Positions 46,603-55,555 of a stretch of DNA of 64,000 nt are shown here, one piece after another. The stretch lies in assembly GCA_038126035.1 (NCBI GenBank), contig JAYPEY010000006.1, forward strand, positions 44,611 through 108,610, in the 5' to 3' direction. The translations under genes and the position numbers were made by a program. Below the pieces are notes generated by a model. That model saw only the letters and a program-made list of their open reading frames with translations, searched no databases and was not told the origin of the DNA. The DNA is from Verrucomicrobiales bacterium. GTDB taxonomy: Bacteria > Verrucomicrobiota > Verrucomicrobiia > Limisphaerales > JAYPEY01. Positions within the stretch are counted from its first letter, which is position 1. Each line of letters begins with the position of its first letter.

Positions 46603-47037
46603 TCAGTCCTTGTCCGCGCTGCCCCGGCGGGAGTCGAGGAACGCCTGAAGCGTGTCCGGGTTCTGCTCGAAGAATTTCGACAGGGCCTCCAGGCAGTCGA
46701 TGGTCGAGGTGCTGAGATGATGCTCCAGGCCCTCGATGTCGCGTCCCTGCGTTTCCTTGTCGAGGCCGAGGAGCGAGAAGAAGCGGGCGAGGGTCTCGTG
46801 GCGGTGTTGGATCTTGAGGGCGATCGAGCGTCCCTCGTCGGTGAGCATGAGGCCGCGGTATTTCTCGTAATTGACGAAGCCCTTTTCATCCAGCTTCTGA
46901 ACCATGCTGGTCACCGAGGCCTGGGTGACGCCGAGCGAGGAGGCGATGTCGACCACGCGGGCGTATCCCTTCTCCTCGATCAGTTCGTGGATGCGCTCCA
47001 GATAGTCCTCGGCGCTCTGGCTGGGTTTCGGCGGCAT
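46603..47037 (-). CDS. DtxR/MntR-family metal-dependent transcriptional regulator
   Basis: 'SAEDYLERIHELIEEKGYARVVDIASSLGVTQASVTSMVQKL' and 'HRHETLARFF'. ATG at 47037. Confidence 0.85.
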   Translation of the reverse strand: MPPKPSQSAEDYLERIHELIEEKGYARVVDIASSLGVTQASVTSMVQKLDEKGFVNYEKYRGLMLTDEGRSIALKIQHRHETLARFFSLLGLDKETQGRDIEGLEHHLSTSTIDCLEALSKFFEQNPDTLQAFLDSRRGSADKD

Positions 47038-47204
47038 GGGTGAAAGAGCGCGGATTGTTGTTGGGCGGCCGGGAGAATGCAAGCGCGGGGGGGAGCGGGA
47101 TGGCAGGCGCTGGCGCACGTCACTATTGCAACCCCACGATCCAACCGTACGAAACCCTCGCCCTCAATGGGGGATCAAACGGCGGCGGGAGAAATCGTGT
47201 TCAA

Positions 47205-47284
47205 GGTCTCCTGTTTCGCCCCTGCAGGGCTTTGAAATGGGACCTTTCGGCGAAAGGTCCCTACCTCGATGTGGTAGGGCCGCC
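47205..47284. repeat. REP family D copy 3
   Basis: GTTTCGCCCCTGCAGGGCTTTGAAATGGGACCTTTCGGCGAAAGGTCCCTACC.. It abuts the DUF1501 stop at 47285. Confidence 0.65.
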
Positions 47285-48718
47285 TCACGCCAACAACGGC
47301 TCCACGATCTTCCCATGGACATCCGTCAGGCGGAAGTCGCGGCCCTGGAAGCGGTAGGTCAGTTTGAGGTGATCGAAGCCCAGCAGGTGGAGCATCGTTG
47401 CGTGAAGGTCGTGCACATGCACCTTCTCGGCGATGCCGTTGAAGCCGAGGGCGTCGGACCGGCCGTAGCTGACGCCTCCCTTCACGCCGCCGCCGGCCAT
47501 CCACATGGTGAAACAATTGGGGTGGTGGTCGCGTCCGTCGTTGCCGCCCTGCACCATGGGCGTGCGACCGAACTCGCCGCCCCAGACGATCAGTGTGTCC
47601 TCCAGCATGCCGCGCTGCTTCAGGTCCCGGATCAGGGCCGCGGCCGGCTGGTCGGTGTCGTGGCAGTTTTTCCTGAGGTCTTTCACGAGGTTCCCGTGCT
47701 GGTCCCAGGATTCGTGGAACAACTCGACGAAGCGCACGCCGCGTTCGAGGAGTCGCCGGGCGAGCAGGCAGTTGTTGGCGAAGGAGGATCTGCCCGGCTC
47801 GGCGCCATACATGTTGCGCACGTGTTCGGGCTCGCGGGAGATGTCCATCACCTCGGGCGCGTGGTCCTGCATGCGGAAGGCCATTTCGAAGGAGGCGATG
47901 CGGGTTGCGATCTCCGGATCGCCGACGGCGTCGAGGCGCATGCGGTTCAGGCTGGAGATGGCGTTCAGCGAATCGCGCTGCAGCTCGCGATCGACGCCCC
48001 TGGGATTGGACAGGTAGAGCACGGGCTCCCCGCCGCCGCGGAACTGCACGCCCTGGTAGACCGTGGGGAGGAAGCCGCTGCCCCAGTTGGACGCGCCGCC
48101 GCTGGGTCCCTTCTTGCCGGAGCTGAACACGACAAAGGACGGGAGGTTCCGCGACTCGCTGCCGAGGCCGTAGGTCGCCCAGGAGCCGATGCTCGGCCGT
48201 CCGAACTGCTGCGACCCGGTGCTCATCATGATCTGGCCGGGCGCATGGTTGAAGGCGTCGGTGTGCATCGCCTTGACGAAGCAGACATCGTCGGCGACGC
48301 CCGCGAGATGCGGCAGCAACTCGGAAAGCTCGGCGCCGCTCTGGCCGTGCCGGGCGAACTTGAATTTCGGTCCCAGCAGCTTGGACTGGGGGTCGATGAA
48401 GGCCGCGCGGTAGTCCTTGATCAGGTCGGCCGGCGGCAGCTTGCCGTTGAGGCGCGTCAACTCGGGCTTGTTGTCGAACAACTCCAGGTGGCTCGGCGCG
48501 CCGGCCATGAAGAGGAAGACCACCCGCTTGGCCCGGGGCGCGTGGTGCGGCCCCTTGGGCGCCAATGGATCGACAGCTGTCGGCGCGGCGTGGCCATTCT
48601 CGCAAAGAAGTTGTCCCAGGGCGGCCGCGCCCAGCCCGACCCCGCATTGGCTGAGAAACCAACGACGGGAGACAGCGGCAGGATCAGCGATTTGGGGAGA
48701 GTGATCGTGGCGGTTCAT
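47285..48718 (-). CDS. DUF1501 protein with TAT signal (second paralogue)
   Basis: 'MNRHDHSPQIADPAAVSRRWFLSQCGVGLG', 'HTDAFNHAPGQ' and 'GGEFGRTP..GRDHHP'. ATG at 48718. Confidence 0.9.
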   Translation of the reverse strand: MNRHDHSPQIADPAAVSRRWFLSQCGVGLGAAALGQLLCENGHAAPTAVDPLAPKGPHHAPRAKRVVFLFMAGAPSHLELFDNKPELTRLNGKLPPADLIKDYRAAFIDPQSKLLGPKFKFARHGQSGAELSELLPHLAGVADDVCFVKAMHTDAFNHAPGQIMMSTGSQQFGRPSIGSWATYGLGSESRNLPSFVVFSSGKKGPSGGASNWGSGFLPTVYQGVQFRGGGEPVLYLSNPRGVDRELQRDSLNAISSLNRMRLDAVGDPEIATRIASFEMAFRMQDHAPEVMDISREPEHVRNMYGAEPGRSSFANNCLLARRLLERGVRFVELFHESWDQHGNLVKDLRKNCHDTDQPAAALIRDLKQRGMLEDTLIVWGGEFGRTPMVQGGNDGRDHHPNCFTMWMAGGGVKGGVSYGRSDALGFNGIAEKVHVHDLHATMLHLLGFDHLKLTYRFQGRDFRLTDVHGKIVEPLLA

Positions 48719-48786
48719 GGCGACTTGAAATCTGAAATCTGGCGCGTTGCGTTGCGTGTTGTGACTGACGTCGGCGATGGCAGATA

Positions 48787-48873
48787 GCAAATGGCAAATG
48801 GCAGACCACTGACCACTGACTACTGACCACTGACTACTGACCACTGACCACTGACCACTGACCACTGACCACC
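48787..48873. repeat. heptanucleotide tandem repeats: (GCAAATG)x2.4 then (GACCACT)x10
   Basis: 48804-48873 holds ten contiguous 7-nt units: seven GACCACT, two GACTACT and one GACCACC. They lie between the DUF1553 stop (48879) and the DUF1501 start (48718). Confidence 0.9.
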
Positions 48874-48878
48874 GCCGT

Positions 48879-51800
48879 TCATTCCTTCGTGATTGTTTCG
48901 TCGAGGTTGAGCAACGCGCGCGCCACGGCGGTCCATGCGGCGAGGGTTGCTTTCGGGCGCTTCGGATCGTCGGCCAGGCCTGCGGTCAATTCAGCCGCCT
49001 TGGCGGCGTCCGCTTCGAATCGTTTCTTCTGGCGGTTCAGCAGGGTCAGCAGGACCCTGGTTTCCTCCGCTTCGGGCGCTCGGGTCAGGCAGCGGCGGAA
49101 CGCAAGGGTCAACTTTGCTTCATCCGTTTCGCCGCCCTCGCGCAGGGCGAGCGCGGCCAGCGCCCGGGCGCATTCCAGGAAGACCGGTTCATTCAGGGTG
49201 GTCAGCGCCTGGAGGGGGGTGTTGGAGCGCGACCGGCGCACGCAGGAGAAATCGCCGTTGGGCGAATCGAAGGTCTGCAGCATCGGATAAGGCACGGAGC
49301 GGAAACGGAAGGTGTACATCGCGCGGCGGTAGCGGGCGCCGCCGTTGTCCTCCTTCCACGACTTCGGGCCGTAGCTGGCGGGCGGTTGGAAGAGGAATTC
49401 CGGCGCCGGCGGGTGCACGCTCGGCCCGCCCACGGTCCGATCCAACAGACCGCTCGCGGCCAGCGCGATGTCGCGCACAATCTCGGCGTCCACGCGGAAC
49501 CGCGGGCCGCGCGCGAGCAGGCGGTTGTAGGGATCGCGGGCGTGCAGTTCCGGCGTCACGCGCGAGGACTGACGGTAGGTGGAGGAGGTCACGATCAGCT
49601 TGTGCAGCCGTTTCAGGCTCCAGCCGCCCTCCATGAACTCGACGGCCAGCCAGTCCAACAGCTCGGGATGCGAAGGCGGCGCGCCCTGGGAACCGAGTTC
49701 CTCCGGCGTCTCCACGATGCCGATGCCGAAATACGCCTGCCAGATGCGGTTCACGATCGAGCGGGCGGCGGTCGGCGAATCGCGGGCCACGAGCCAGCGG
49801 GCGAAATCCAGGCGCGTCGGATCGCCGTCGGTCCGCATCGGGTTCAGGAACGCCGGGGCCGCGGGCTTCACGGCGCGTTCGGGCTTCAGCCAGTCGCCGC
49901 GCGCGAGCATGCGGGTCATGCGTTGGTCGTTGCGCTCCTCCATCACCAGTTGCGTCGCGCTCTCCGGATGCTCCCGCCACAACGTCTCGATCCGGTCGTT
50001 CGAGGTTTTCCAATCCTTCACCGTCGTGCGCCAATATGAGAACACCGCGTGCATCTGCCCGGGCGAACGGTCTTTCATCGGGATCGCAAGAATCTCCCGC
50101 ACCCGGCGCGGAAGCGGATCGGCGACGGCATCGGGCGCCGCCGTGGCCGAGACGCGGAAGCGGCCGAGATTCATGGTCTTCACGTCGTCGCTGTTCCAGC
50201 CGCCGTGGCCCTGCTGGAAGGAGACGGTCAGTCTCGTGCCATTGGGGAAGGCGATGTTCTTGTCGGCGACAAAGACCGCCTTGCGATCCTGGTTGCGGCG
50301 GCCGGGCCCGGCGTCGATGCCCCAGGCCGTGTCGGCCTTGCCGTCGATGGCGTAGTCGGCGGGGCCGGTGAAGCCGCGCTTGCCGTTCCGGTCCGCATAA
50401 AGTTCGCCGAGTTGTTTGCGTTCGTTCGCGAAGTCCGCCGTCGCCCTCACAAACTTCACCTGGACCTTCTTCTTTGGATCGGTCGCGTCCTCGGCCGTCA
50501 CCTTGAATTCGGTCAAGGCGAACTGCCCGTCGATCGCGCGTCCGGGGCCGTGGGCCGGGAGATTTGGATCGGTGAACATCTCGAGGCGGAAGGCGCGTAT
50601 TTCAGGCATCGTCACCGTGTTGGTGAAGGTGGAGGTCCAGCGCGTCGGCGCGTAGCCATGCGCGACCTGCGAGCCGTCGCCGCGCGGATCGTAACGTTGC
50701 GAATTGTTGCCCGAATTGCGGATGTCCAGGACGGTCCATTCCGGCCGGCCGTTCTTCACCGATTTCTCCCATTCGGCCATGCGGCGCCTCCAGTCGGGGG
50801 TCCGGTGTTTCAGATCGTTTTCGATGTCCCGGATCTCGCGCAGGATCCGCTCCCGTTCCGCCAGCCCGTTGGCCGTGTAGACCGCGATGCTGGCCTCGTG
50901 GGAATTGTTCAGGAAGGCGAACAACCGGTAATACTCCTCGCGTGAGAAGGGGTCGTATTTGTGCGAGTGGCACTGGCCGCACTGAATCGTCAGACCCAGC
51001 ACGCTCTTGCCCAGGGCGTCCATCCGGTCGAACATCGCATCCATTCGGAACTGCTCGGGATCGATGCCCCCCTCCTCGTTGACCATGGAGTTGCGCAGGA
51101 AGCCCGTGGCGACGCGCTGGTCCTGCGTGGAGTCGGGCAGCAGGTCGCCGGCGATCTGCTCGATGATGAATTGATCGTAGGGCAGGTCGCGATTCAGGGC
51201 GTTGATCACCCAGTCCCGATAATGCCAGACCTGCCTCGGCTTGTCCTTCTCGTAGCCGTCGGAATCCGCATAACGCGCCGCGTCCAGCCACACGCGTCCC
51301 CAACGCTCGCCGTAGTGCGGCGACTTGAGCAGTCGATCGACCGCCCGCTCGTAGGCGCCATCCGCCGTGTCGGCAAGGAAGGCGTCCGTCTCCCCGCCGC
51401 TCGGAGGCAGACCGATCAGGTCCAGATGCAGCCGGCGAAGCAGGGCGACCTTGCCGGCGCGCGGCGATGGGGACAGCCCTTCCCCGTGCAGTTTGCGCAA
51501 TACAAACGCGTCGATCGGATTGGCGACAAGGCGGTCGTCCCCGAATCGCGGGACCTGCGGTCGGACCGGGGCTTCGAACGCCCAGTGGCCCGACCATTCG
51601 GCGCCCTCGGCGACCCACTGTTTCAGGATGGCAATCTGCGACGCGGTCAACGATTTCCCGGAATCGGGCGGCGGCATGAGGTCATCCGGATCGGCCGTGG
51701 TGAGGCGGTGGATCAGGGCGCTTTCGCCGGAAGCGGGGGTTGTGACGCTCTGCGCCCCATCGCGTGTGTCCAGCCGCAGATCGGCCTTGCGCTCCGCCTC

Positions 51801-51944
51801 GTCCGGCCCGTGGCAATGAAAACAGGCGTCGGAAAGAATCGGCCGCACGTCGCGGTTGAAATCGATCGACGCGGCGTCGGCGCTCAGCAGGCAGGCTGTC
51901 GCCGCGACGCCCCTGATGAAATGGCGGACAAGCATCGCATCCAT
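48879..51944 (-). CDS. PSCyt / DUF1549 / DUF1553 protein (second paralogue)
   Basis: Signal peptide followed by 'CFHCHGPD', 'NPIDAFVLRKL', 'LDLIGLPPS', 'QCGQCHSHKYDP' and 'FDSPNGDFSCVRRSRSNTPLQAL'. Confidence 0.9.
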   Translation of the reverse strand: MDAMLVRHFIRGVAATACLLSADAASIDFNRDVRPILSDACFHCHGPDEAERKADLRLDTRDGAQSVTTPASGESALIHRLTTADPDDLMPPPDSGKSLTASQIAILKQWVAEGAEWSGHWAFEAPVRPQVPRFGDDRLVANPIDAFVLRKLHGEGLSPSPRAGKVALLRRLHLDLIGLPPSGGETDAFLADTADGAYERAVDRLLKSPHYGERWGRVWLDAARYADSDGYEKDKPRQVWHYRDWVINALNRDLPYDQFIIEQIAGDLLPDSTQDQRVATGFLRNSMVNEEGGIDPEQFRMDAMFDRMDALGKSVLGLTIQCGQCHSHKYDPFSREEYYRLFAFLNNSHEASIAVYTANGLAERERILREIRDIENDLKHRTPDWRRRMAEWEKSVKNGRPEWTVLDIRNSGNNSQRYDPRGDGSQVAHGYAPTRWTSTFTNTVTMPEIRAFRLEMFTDPNLPAHGPGRAIDGQFALTEFKVTAEDATDPKKKVQVKFVRATADFANERKQLGELYADRNGKRGFTGPADYAIDGKADTAWGIDAGPGRRNQDRKAVFVADKNIAFPNGTRLTVSFQQGHGGWNSDDVKTMNLGRFRVSATAAPDAVADPLPRRVREILAIPMKDRSPGQMHAVFSYWRTTVKDWKTSNDRIETLWREHPESATQLVMEERNDQRMTRMLARGDWLKPERAVKPAAPAFLNPMRTDGDPTRLDFARWLVARDSPTAARSIVNRIWQAYFGIGIVETPEELGSQGAPPSHPELLDWLAVEFMEGGWSLKRLHKLIVTSSTYRQSSRVTPELHARDPYNRLLARGPRFRVDAEIVRDIALAASGLLDRTVGGPSVHPPAPEFLFQPPASYGPKSWKEDNGGARYRRAMYTFRFRSVPYPMLQTFDSPNGDFSCVRRSRSNTPLQALTTLNEPVFLECARALAALALREGGETDEAKLTLAFRRCLTRAPEAEETRVLLTLLNRQKKRFEADAAKAAELTAGLADDPKRPKATLAAWTAVARALLNLDETITKE

Positions 51945-52137
51945 ATCGCGCTAATCTACCCGCCCGACACCCGCCATCCACAAAAAAAGAGGTCAACGCG
52001 GGGCTTCGGTGTTCATGAGCCGGGTTCGAAGGTCATTTCGGCGGCGTGTTGCCGGTTCGTCCTTGGATTTCCGACCTTGATCACATTCCCGGGGGCGCCA
52101 TGTGACAAGGTCGCGGCGGCATGCGTTGTTTTCTTGA

Positions 52138-53352
52138 ATGCGTGCGTTTCTGAATCTGGCGATGGTCTGCGCGACGTTCCAATGGAGCGTCGCAACAGCC
52201 GAGGTTGTCCCGGTTCCGGCGCAGGCCGGCGACGCGCAGAACAACGTTGCCAGCCCGGCTTCCGCGCGTTCCATCGTCGCCCGGTCGCCGCGGTTGGCGT
52301 CCGGCGCCTGGGGCATTGTGGAGCTCACGCCGCTGGTCCTTCGCGTTCCCCTGGAGGCGACCGCCCCCGAAGCGGTCCGCTGTGAGCCGATGCGTTGGTT
52401 CTTCCCCCGATGGGACGAAGACCGGGCGGGGCGATTCCTGCGCGAGGCCGGTTGCCCGGCGTTCGAGGGAACGCCGGTCTTCGAGCGCGCATCCGACGGC
52501 GTCTGGCTGCTGCCGTCGCCCGATTGGATTGTTTCGCTGTCGCCGGAGTCGAGGTCGGAGTTGTACCGGTTCCTTGCGCGAAGCGGCCGGAATCCGAGAC
52601 ACCAATATCCCTTCACCTTCGCCCGCGGGCGTCTGGACACGCAGATTGCCGCCGTCGACCTTGAGCCCGCCACCGCGACGTTGATCCGCCGCCTTGTCTG
52701 CCCCATCGGGACGACCTTGATCCTGGCCGACGCGGAGCTGATCCTTGAAGGCTGCGCGAACCTCGCGGAGAAGCGCAGGTTCCTCCGGTTTCTGACCACG
52801 CACACGACGATCGGCATGCGGCTGAGCCTGCCACAGGATGTGAATTTCGGGACGGTCGTCGGCTATTGGGGCGCGCGGGGAAGGGAGTCAACCGTGCGTC
52901 CGCTTCTGGAAGCCCTGCGGGACTCCCGGGGGACGGGGCATCTGGACGTCGCCTATCTGCTGCCGCCGTTGGGCCGCAATCTCCTGATGACCTATCCGAC
53001 CGGCGCTTCGGACGATCGGCCCAACGCCGCCCATTGGAACTGTTTCTGGACCTCGCTGAACTTCTTTGCGTCACGACCGGACGCGCGTCTGGTGGACGCC
53101 AACCTCGCCCGCGACGAACTTGCGCGATCCTACGTTCGCGTGTCCGGGGAAAAGCGGTTTGGCGATGTCGTGGTGTGGCGCGAGAAGTCGGGGAGCCTCA
53201 ACCACATGGCTGTCTGGATTGCCGCCGACGTGGTCTTCACCAAGAACGGCTACGACGCCCTCCATCCCTGGGCCCTCATGTCTCTCGACGAATTGGGCCT
53301 GCGCTTCCCGTTCGCCGGTCCCGACGACATCGCCTTCTACCGGCGCCGCTGA
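52138..53352 (+). CDS. hypothetical secreted protein; C-terminal region with NlpC/P60-like Cys..His spacing
   Basis: Signal 'MRAFLNLAMVCATFQWSVATA'. C-terminus 'HWNCFWTSLNFF..GDVVVW..LNHMAVWIAADVVFTKNG'. The family assignment is tentative. Confidence 0.55.
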   Translation: MRAFLNLAMVCATFQWSVATAEVVPVPAQAGDAQNNVASPASARSIVARSPRLASGAWGIVELTPLVLRVPLEATAPEAVRCEPMRWFFPRWDEDRAGRFLREAGCPAFEGTPVFERASDGVWLLPSPDWIVSLSPESRSELYRFLARSGRNPRHQYPFTFARGRLDTQIAAVDLEPATATLIRRLVCPIGTTLILADAELILEGCANLAEKRRFLRFLTTHTTIGMRLSLPQDVNFGTVVGYWGARGRESTVRPLLEALRDSRGTGHLDVAYLLPPLGRNLLMTYPTGASDDRPNAAHWNCFWTSLNFFASRPDARLVDANLARDELARSYVRVSGEKRFGDVVVWREKSGSLNHMAVWIAADVVFTKNGYDALHPWALMSLDELGLRFPFAGPDDIAFYRRR

Positions 53353-53432
53353 AGGGCGGTCAAATTTCACTGGAAATGGGGGATTGCGCGGCTTATCGTC
53401 GCGGCAAATCACACCTCAACTTCGGCCCGATC

Positions 53433-53891
53433 ATGGAACTGAACTTCAATTGCCCCCAATGCAGCCAGGAACTCACCGCGGATGAAACCATGCTCGGCGT
53501 CGAGATCGAATGCCCGTCCTGCGGCGAGACGATCATGATCGAGGGAGAGGCCGCGCCGGCCGAAGGGTATGAGCAGAATTTCGAGGCGGGCTCCTTCGAC
53601 GCCGGTTCCTCCGAGCCGCGCGCGCCGATCGCGATTCCCACCTCCGCCGCCTCGGCGGACATGATCAAGAAGCCGAAGGCCAAACGGCTGGAGGTGGCCG
53701 CGAAGGAGGAGATGGAGGTCCTCTGCAAGACGATCCTCTATTCCAACGTCGGCAAGGACGCGGCCAAATACGACGAGGCGGTCGCGCAGGCGATGGTGGA
53801 TATCGGCCGCCCGCATATCATCAGCATGCACCCGGTCAATCCCGGCGAGGGCGATTTCGGCCTGATGATCATTTACGAGAAGCAGCCCTGA
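53433..53891 (+). CDS. hypothetical zinc-ribbon protein
   Basis: 'MELNFNCPQCSQEL..IECPSCGETIMI', then an acidic linker and a roughly 60-aa C-domain. Followed by a strong terminator. Confidence 0.6.
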   Translation: MELNFNCPQCSQELTADETMLGVEIECPSCGETIMIEGEAAPAEGYEQNFEAGSFDAGSSEPRAPIAIPTSAASADMIKKPKAKRLEVAAKEEMEVLCKTILYSNVGKDAAKYDEAVAQAMVDIGRPHIISMHPVNPGEGDFGLMIIYEKQP

Positions 53892-53914
53892 GGGCGCATC
53901 CATTTTGGAATGAG

Positions 53915-53947
53915 AAGGCCGCGGACGATTCCGCGGCCTTTTTGTTG
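53915..53947 (+). terminator. rho-independent terminator
   Basis: AAGGCCGCGGA-cgat-TCCGCGGCCTT followed by TTTGTTG. Perfect 11-bp stem. Confidence 0.85.
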
Positions 53948-53990
53948 TCGAACCGAAACCGACAGGCTCGACACGGCGGAGGATCCGGCG

Positions 53991-55454
53991 ATGATTGCCG
54001 GCATGATTTCCCGAAGTCACCTTACGCGATTTGCGGCCGTCGTTCTTGCCGCATCCACCTTTCTGACCCGCGCCGCCGATCCGGCTTCCGGCGCGACCGA
54101 CCGGCCCAACATCGTCTTCTTTTTCGCGGACGATCTCGGCTGGACCGGCCTGCGCTGTTTCGGCAGCGATCTCTATGAAACGCCGAATCTCGATCGGCTT
54201 GCCGCGGAGGGCGTGAAGTTCACCGACGCCTATGCCGCGTGCACGGTCTGCTCGCCCAGTCGCGCGGCTGTCATGACCGGCAAGTATCCGGCGCGACTGC
54301 ATCTCACCGACTTCATCGCCGGGCAGAACCGCCCCTTCGCCAGGCTGCGGATTCCCGAATGGCAGAAGTGGTTGAAGCACGACGAGGTCACCATCGCCGA
54401 GGCCCTCAAGTCCGGCGGCTACAAGACCGCGCAGGTCGGCAAGTGGCACCTCGATCGCAGGGACGCCAATTCCGGCGATTATGAACCGGTCGATCACGGC
54501 TTCGATCGCCAGGTTCTAAAACCGGCGTCGAAGGGCTACTTCCTCAACCAGCCTGAAGGCCGCTTCAAGAAGGGCGATTACGTCACCGATTTCCTTGCCT
54601 CCGAGGCCGCCGGGATCATCGGCGACTGGAAGGAGGATCCCTTCTTTCTCTACTTCCCGTTCCATGTCCCGCACACGCCGATCCAGGGAAAAAAGGAATT
54701 GATCGAAGCCTACGCGAAGAAGGTGAAGCCCGGCGCCAGGCATCAGAACCCGATCTACGCCGCCATGGTTCAAAGCATGGACGAGGCGGTCGGAACCGTG
54801 CTGGACGCCCTCAAGCGACACCGACTCAGCGACAAGACGGTCGTGATCTTCACCAGCGACAACGGCGGACTGACCCAACGCTACGGCAAACCCGACGGAT
54901 TCACGGACAATCACCCCCTGCGTCGCGGCAAGGGTTCGGCCTACGAGGGCGGCGTGCGCGTGCCGACAATTGCGTATTGGCCGGGAGTCACGCCCGCCGG
55001 GACCGTCTGCGCCGAGCCGGTCATCGGGATCGATTTCTATCCCACCTTCCTGGAGATCGCCGGCGTCAAGGGCGACGCCAAACACAACCGCAGCGTCGAT
55101 GGCCTCAGCCTGGTTCCGTTGTTCAAGAATCCCAAGGCCCGCCTGAAACGCGATGCGATCTACTGGCACTATCCGCATTACCACGCCGGCGGCGACGGCC
55201 CCTACAACGCCGTGCGCGCCCGTGATTGGCGATTGGTCCAATTCTATGAGGACGGCTCCGAGGCGCTCTACAACCTGAAGGACGACATCGGCGAAACAAA
55301 GAACGTCGCCGAACAAAACGCCGCCATCGCCGCGAAGCTCCGCAACCAGCTCGACAACTGGCGCATCGCCGTCGGCGCCCAGATGCCGATGCCAAATCCC
55401 GACCACGATCCCGACCGCGCGACCGAGGTCGGCAAGCGCGCGCGGAAGCGTTGA
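53991..55454 (+). CDS. Cys-type sulfatase
   Basis: 'PNIVFFFADDLGWTGL' and the CxPxR motif 'CSPSRAAVMTG'. ATG at 53991. Confidence 0.9.
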   Translation: MIAGMISRSHLTRFAAVVLAASTFLTRAADPASGATDRPNIVFFFADDLGWTGLRCFGSDLYETPNLDRLAAEGVKFTDAYAACTVCSPSRAAVMTGKYPARLHLTDFIAGQNRPFARLRIPEWQKWLKHDEVTIAEALKSGGYKTAQVGKWHLDRRDANSGDYEPVDHGFDRQVLKPASKGYFLNQPEGRFKKGDYVTDFLASEAAGIIGDWKEDPFFLYFPFHVPHTPIQGKKELIEAYAKKVKPGARHQNPIYAAMVQSMDEAVGTVLDALKRHRLSDKTVVIFTSDNGGLTQRYGKPDGFTDNHPLRRGKGSAYEGGVRVPTIAYWPGVTPAGTVCAEPVIGIDFYPTFLEIAGVKGDAKHNRSVDGLSLVPLFKNPKARLKRDAIYWHYPHYHAGGDGPYNAVRARDWRLVQFYEDGSEALYNLKDDIGETKNVAEQNAAIAAKLRNQLDNWRIAVGAQMPMPNPDHDPDRATEVGKRARKR

Positions 55455-55555
55455 GCATGGCCACCCCGTAGAATCCGGCATAAGCCGGATCACTTCACAG
55501 CAAACAAACTTCTCATTCCCTTCGTCGGCGCGATCGTTCAATATCCCCGACGCTT

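Noticed and set aside
46572-46889. Upstream 106 codons of ORF 45930..46889
   Set aside because: This stretch overlaps the well-supported DtxR/MntR gene in another frame and its translation is Ser/Arg/Thr-rich junk. The cyclase family begins at MIQDFIDISVPI (46571).
48719-48865. N-terminal extension of DUF1501 through the heptamer array (MVSGQWSVVSSQWSVV...)
   Set aside because: The twin-arginine signal begins right after the ATG at 48718. A 49-aa extension ahead of a TAT signal is implausible. The open frame is noted in the repeat finding instead.
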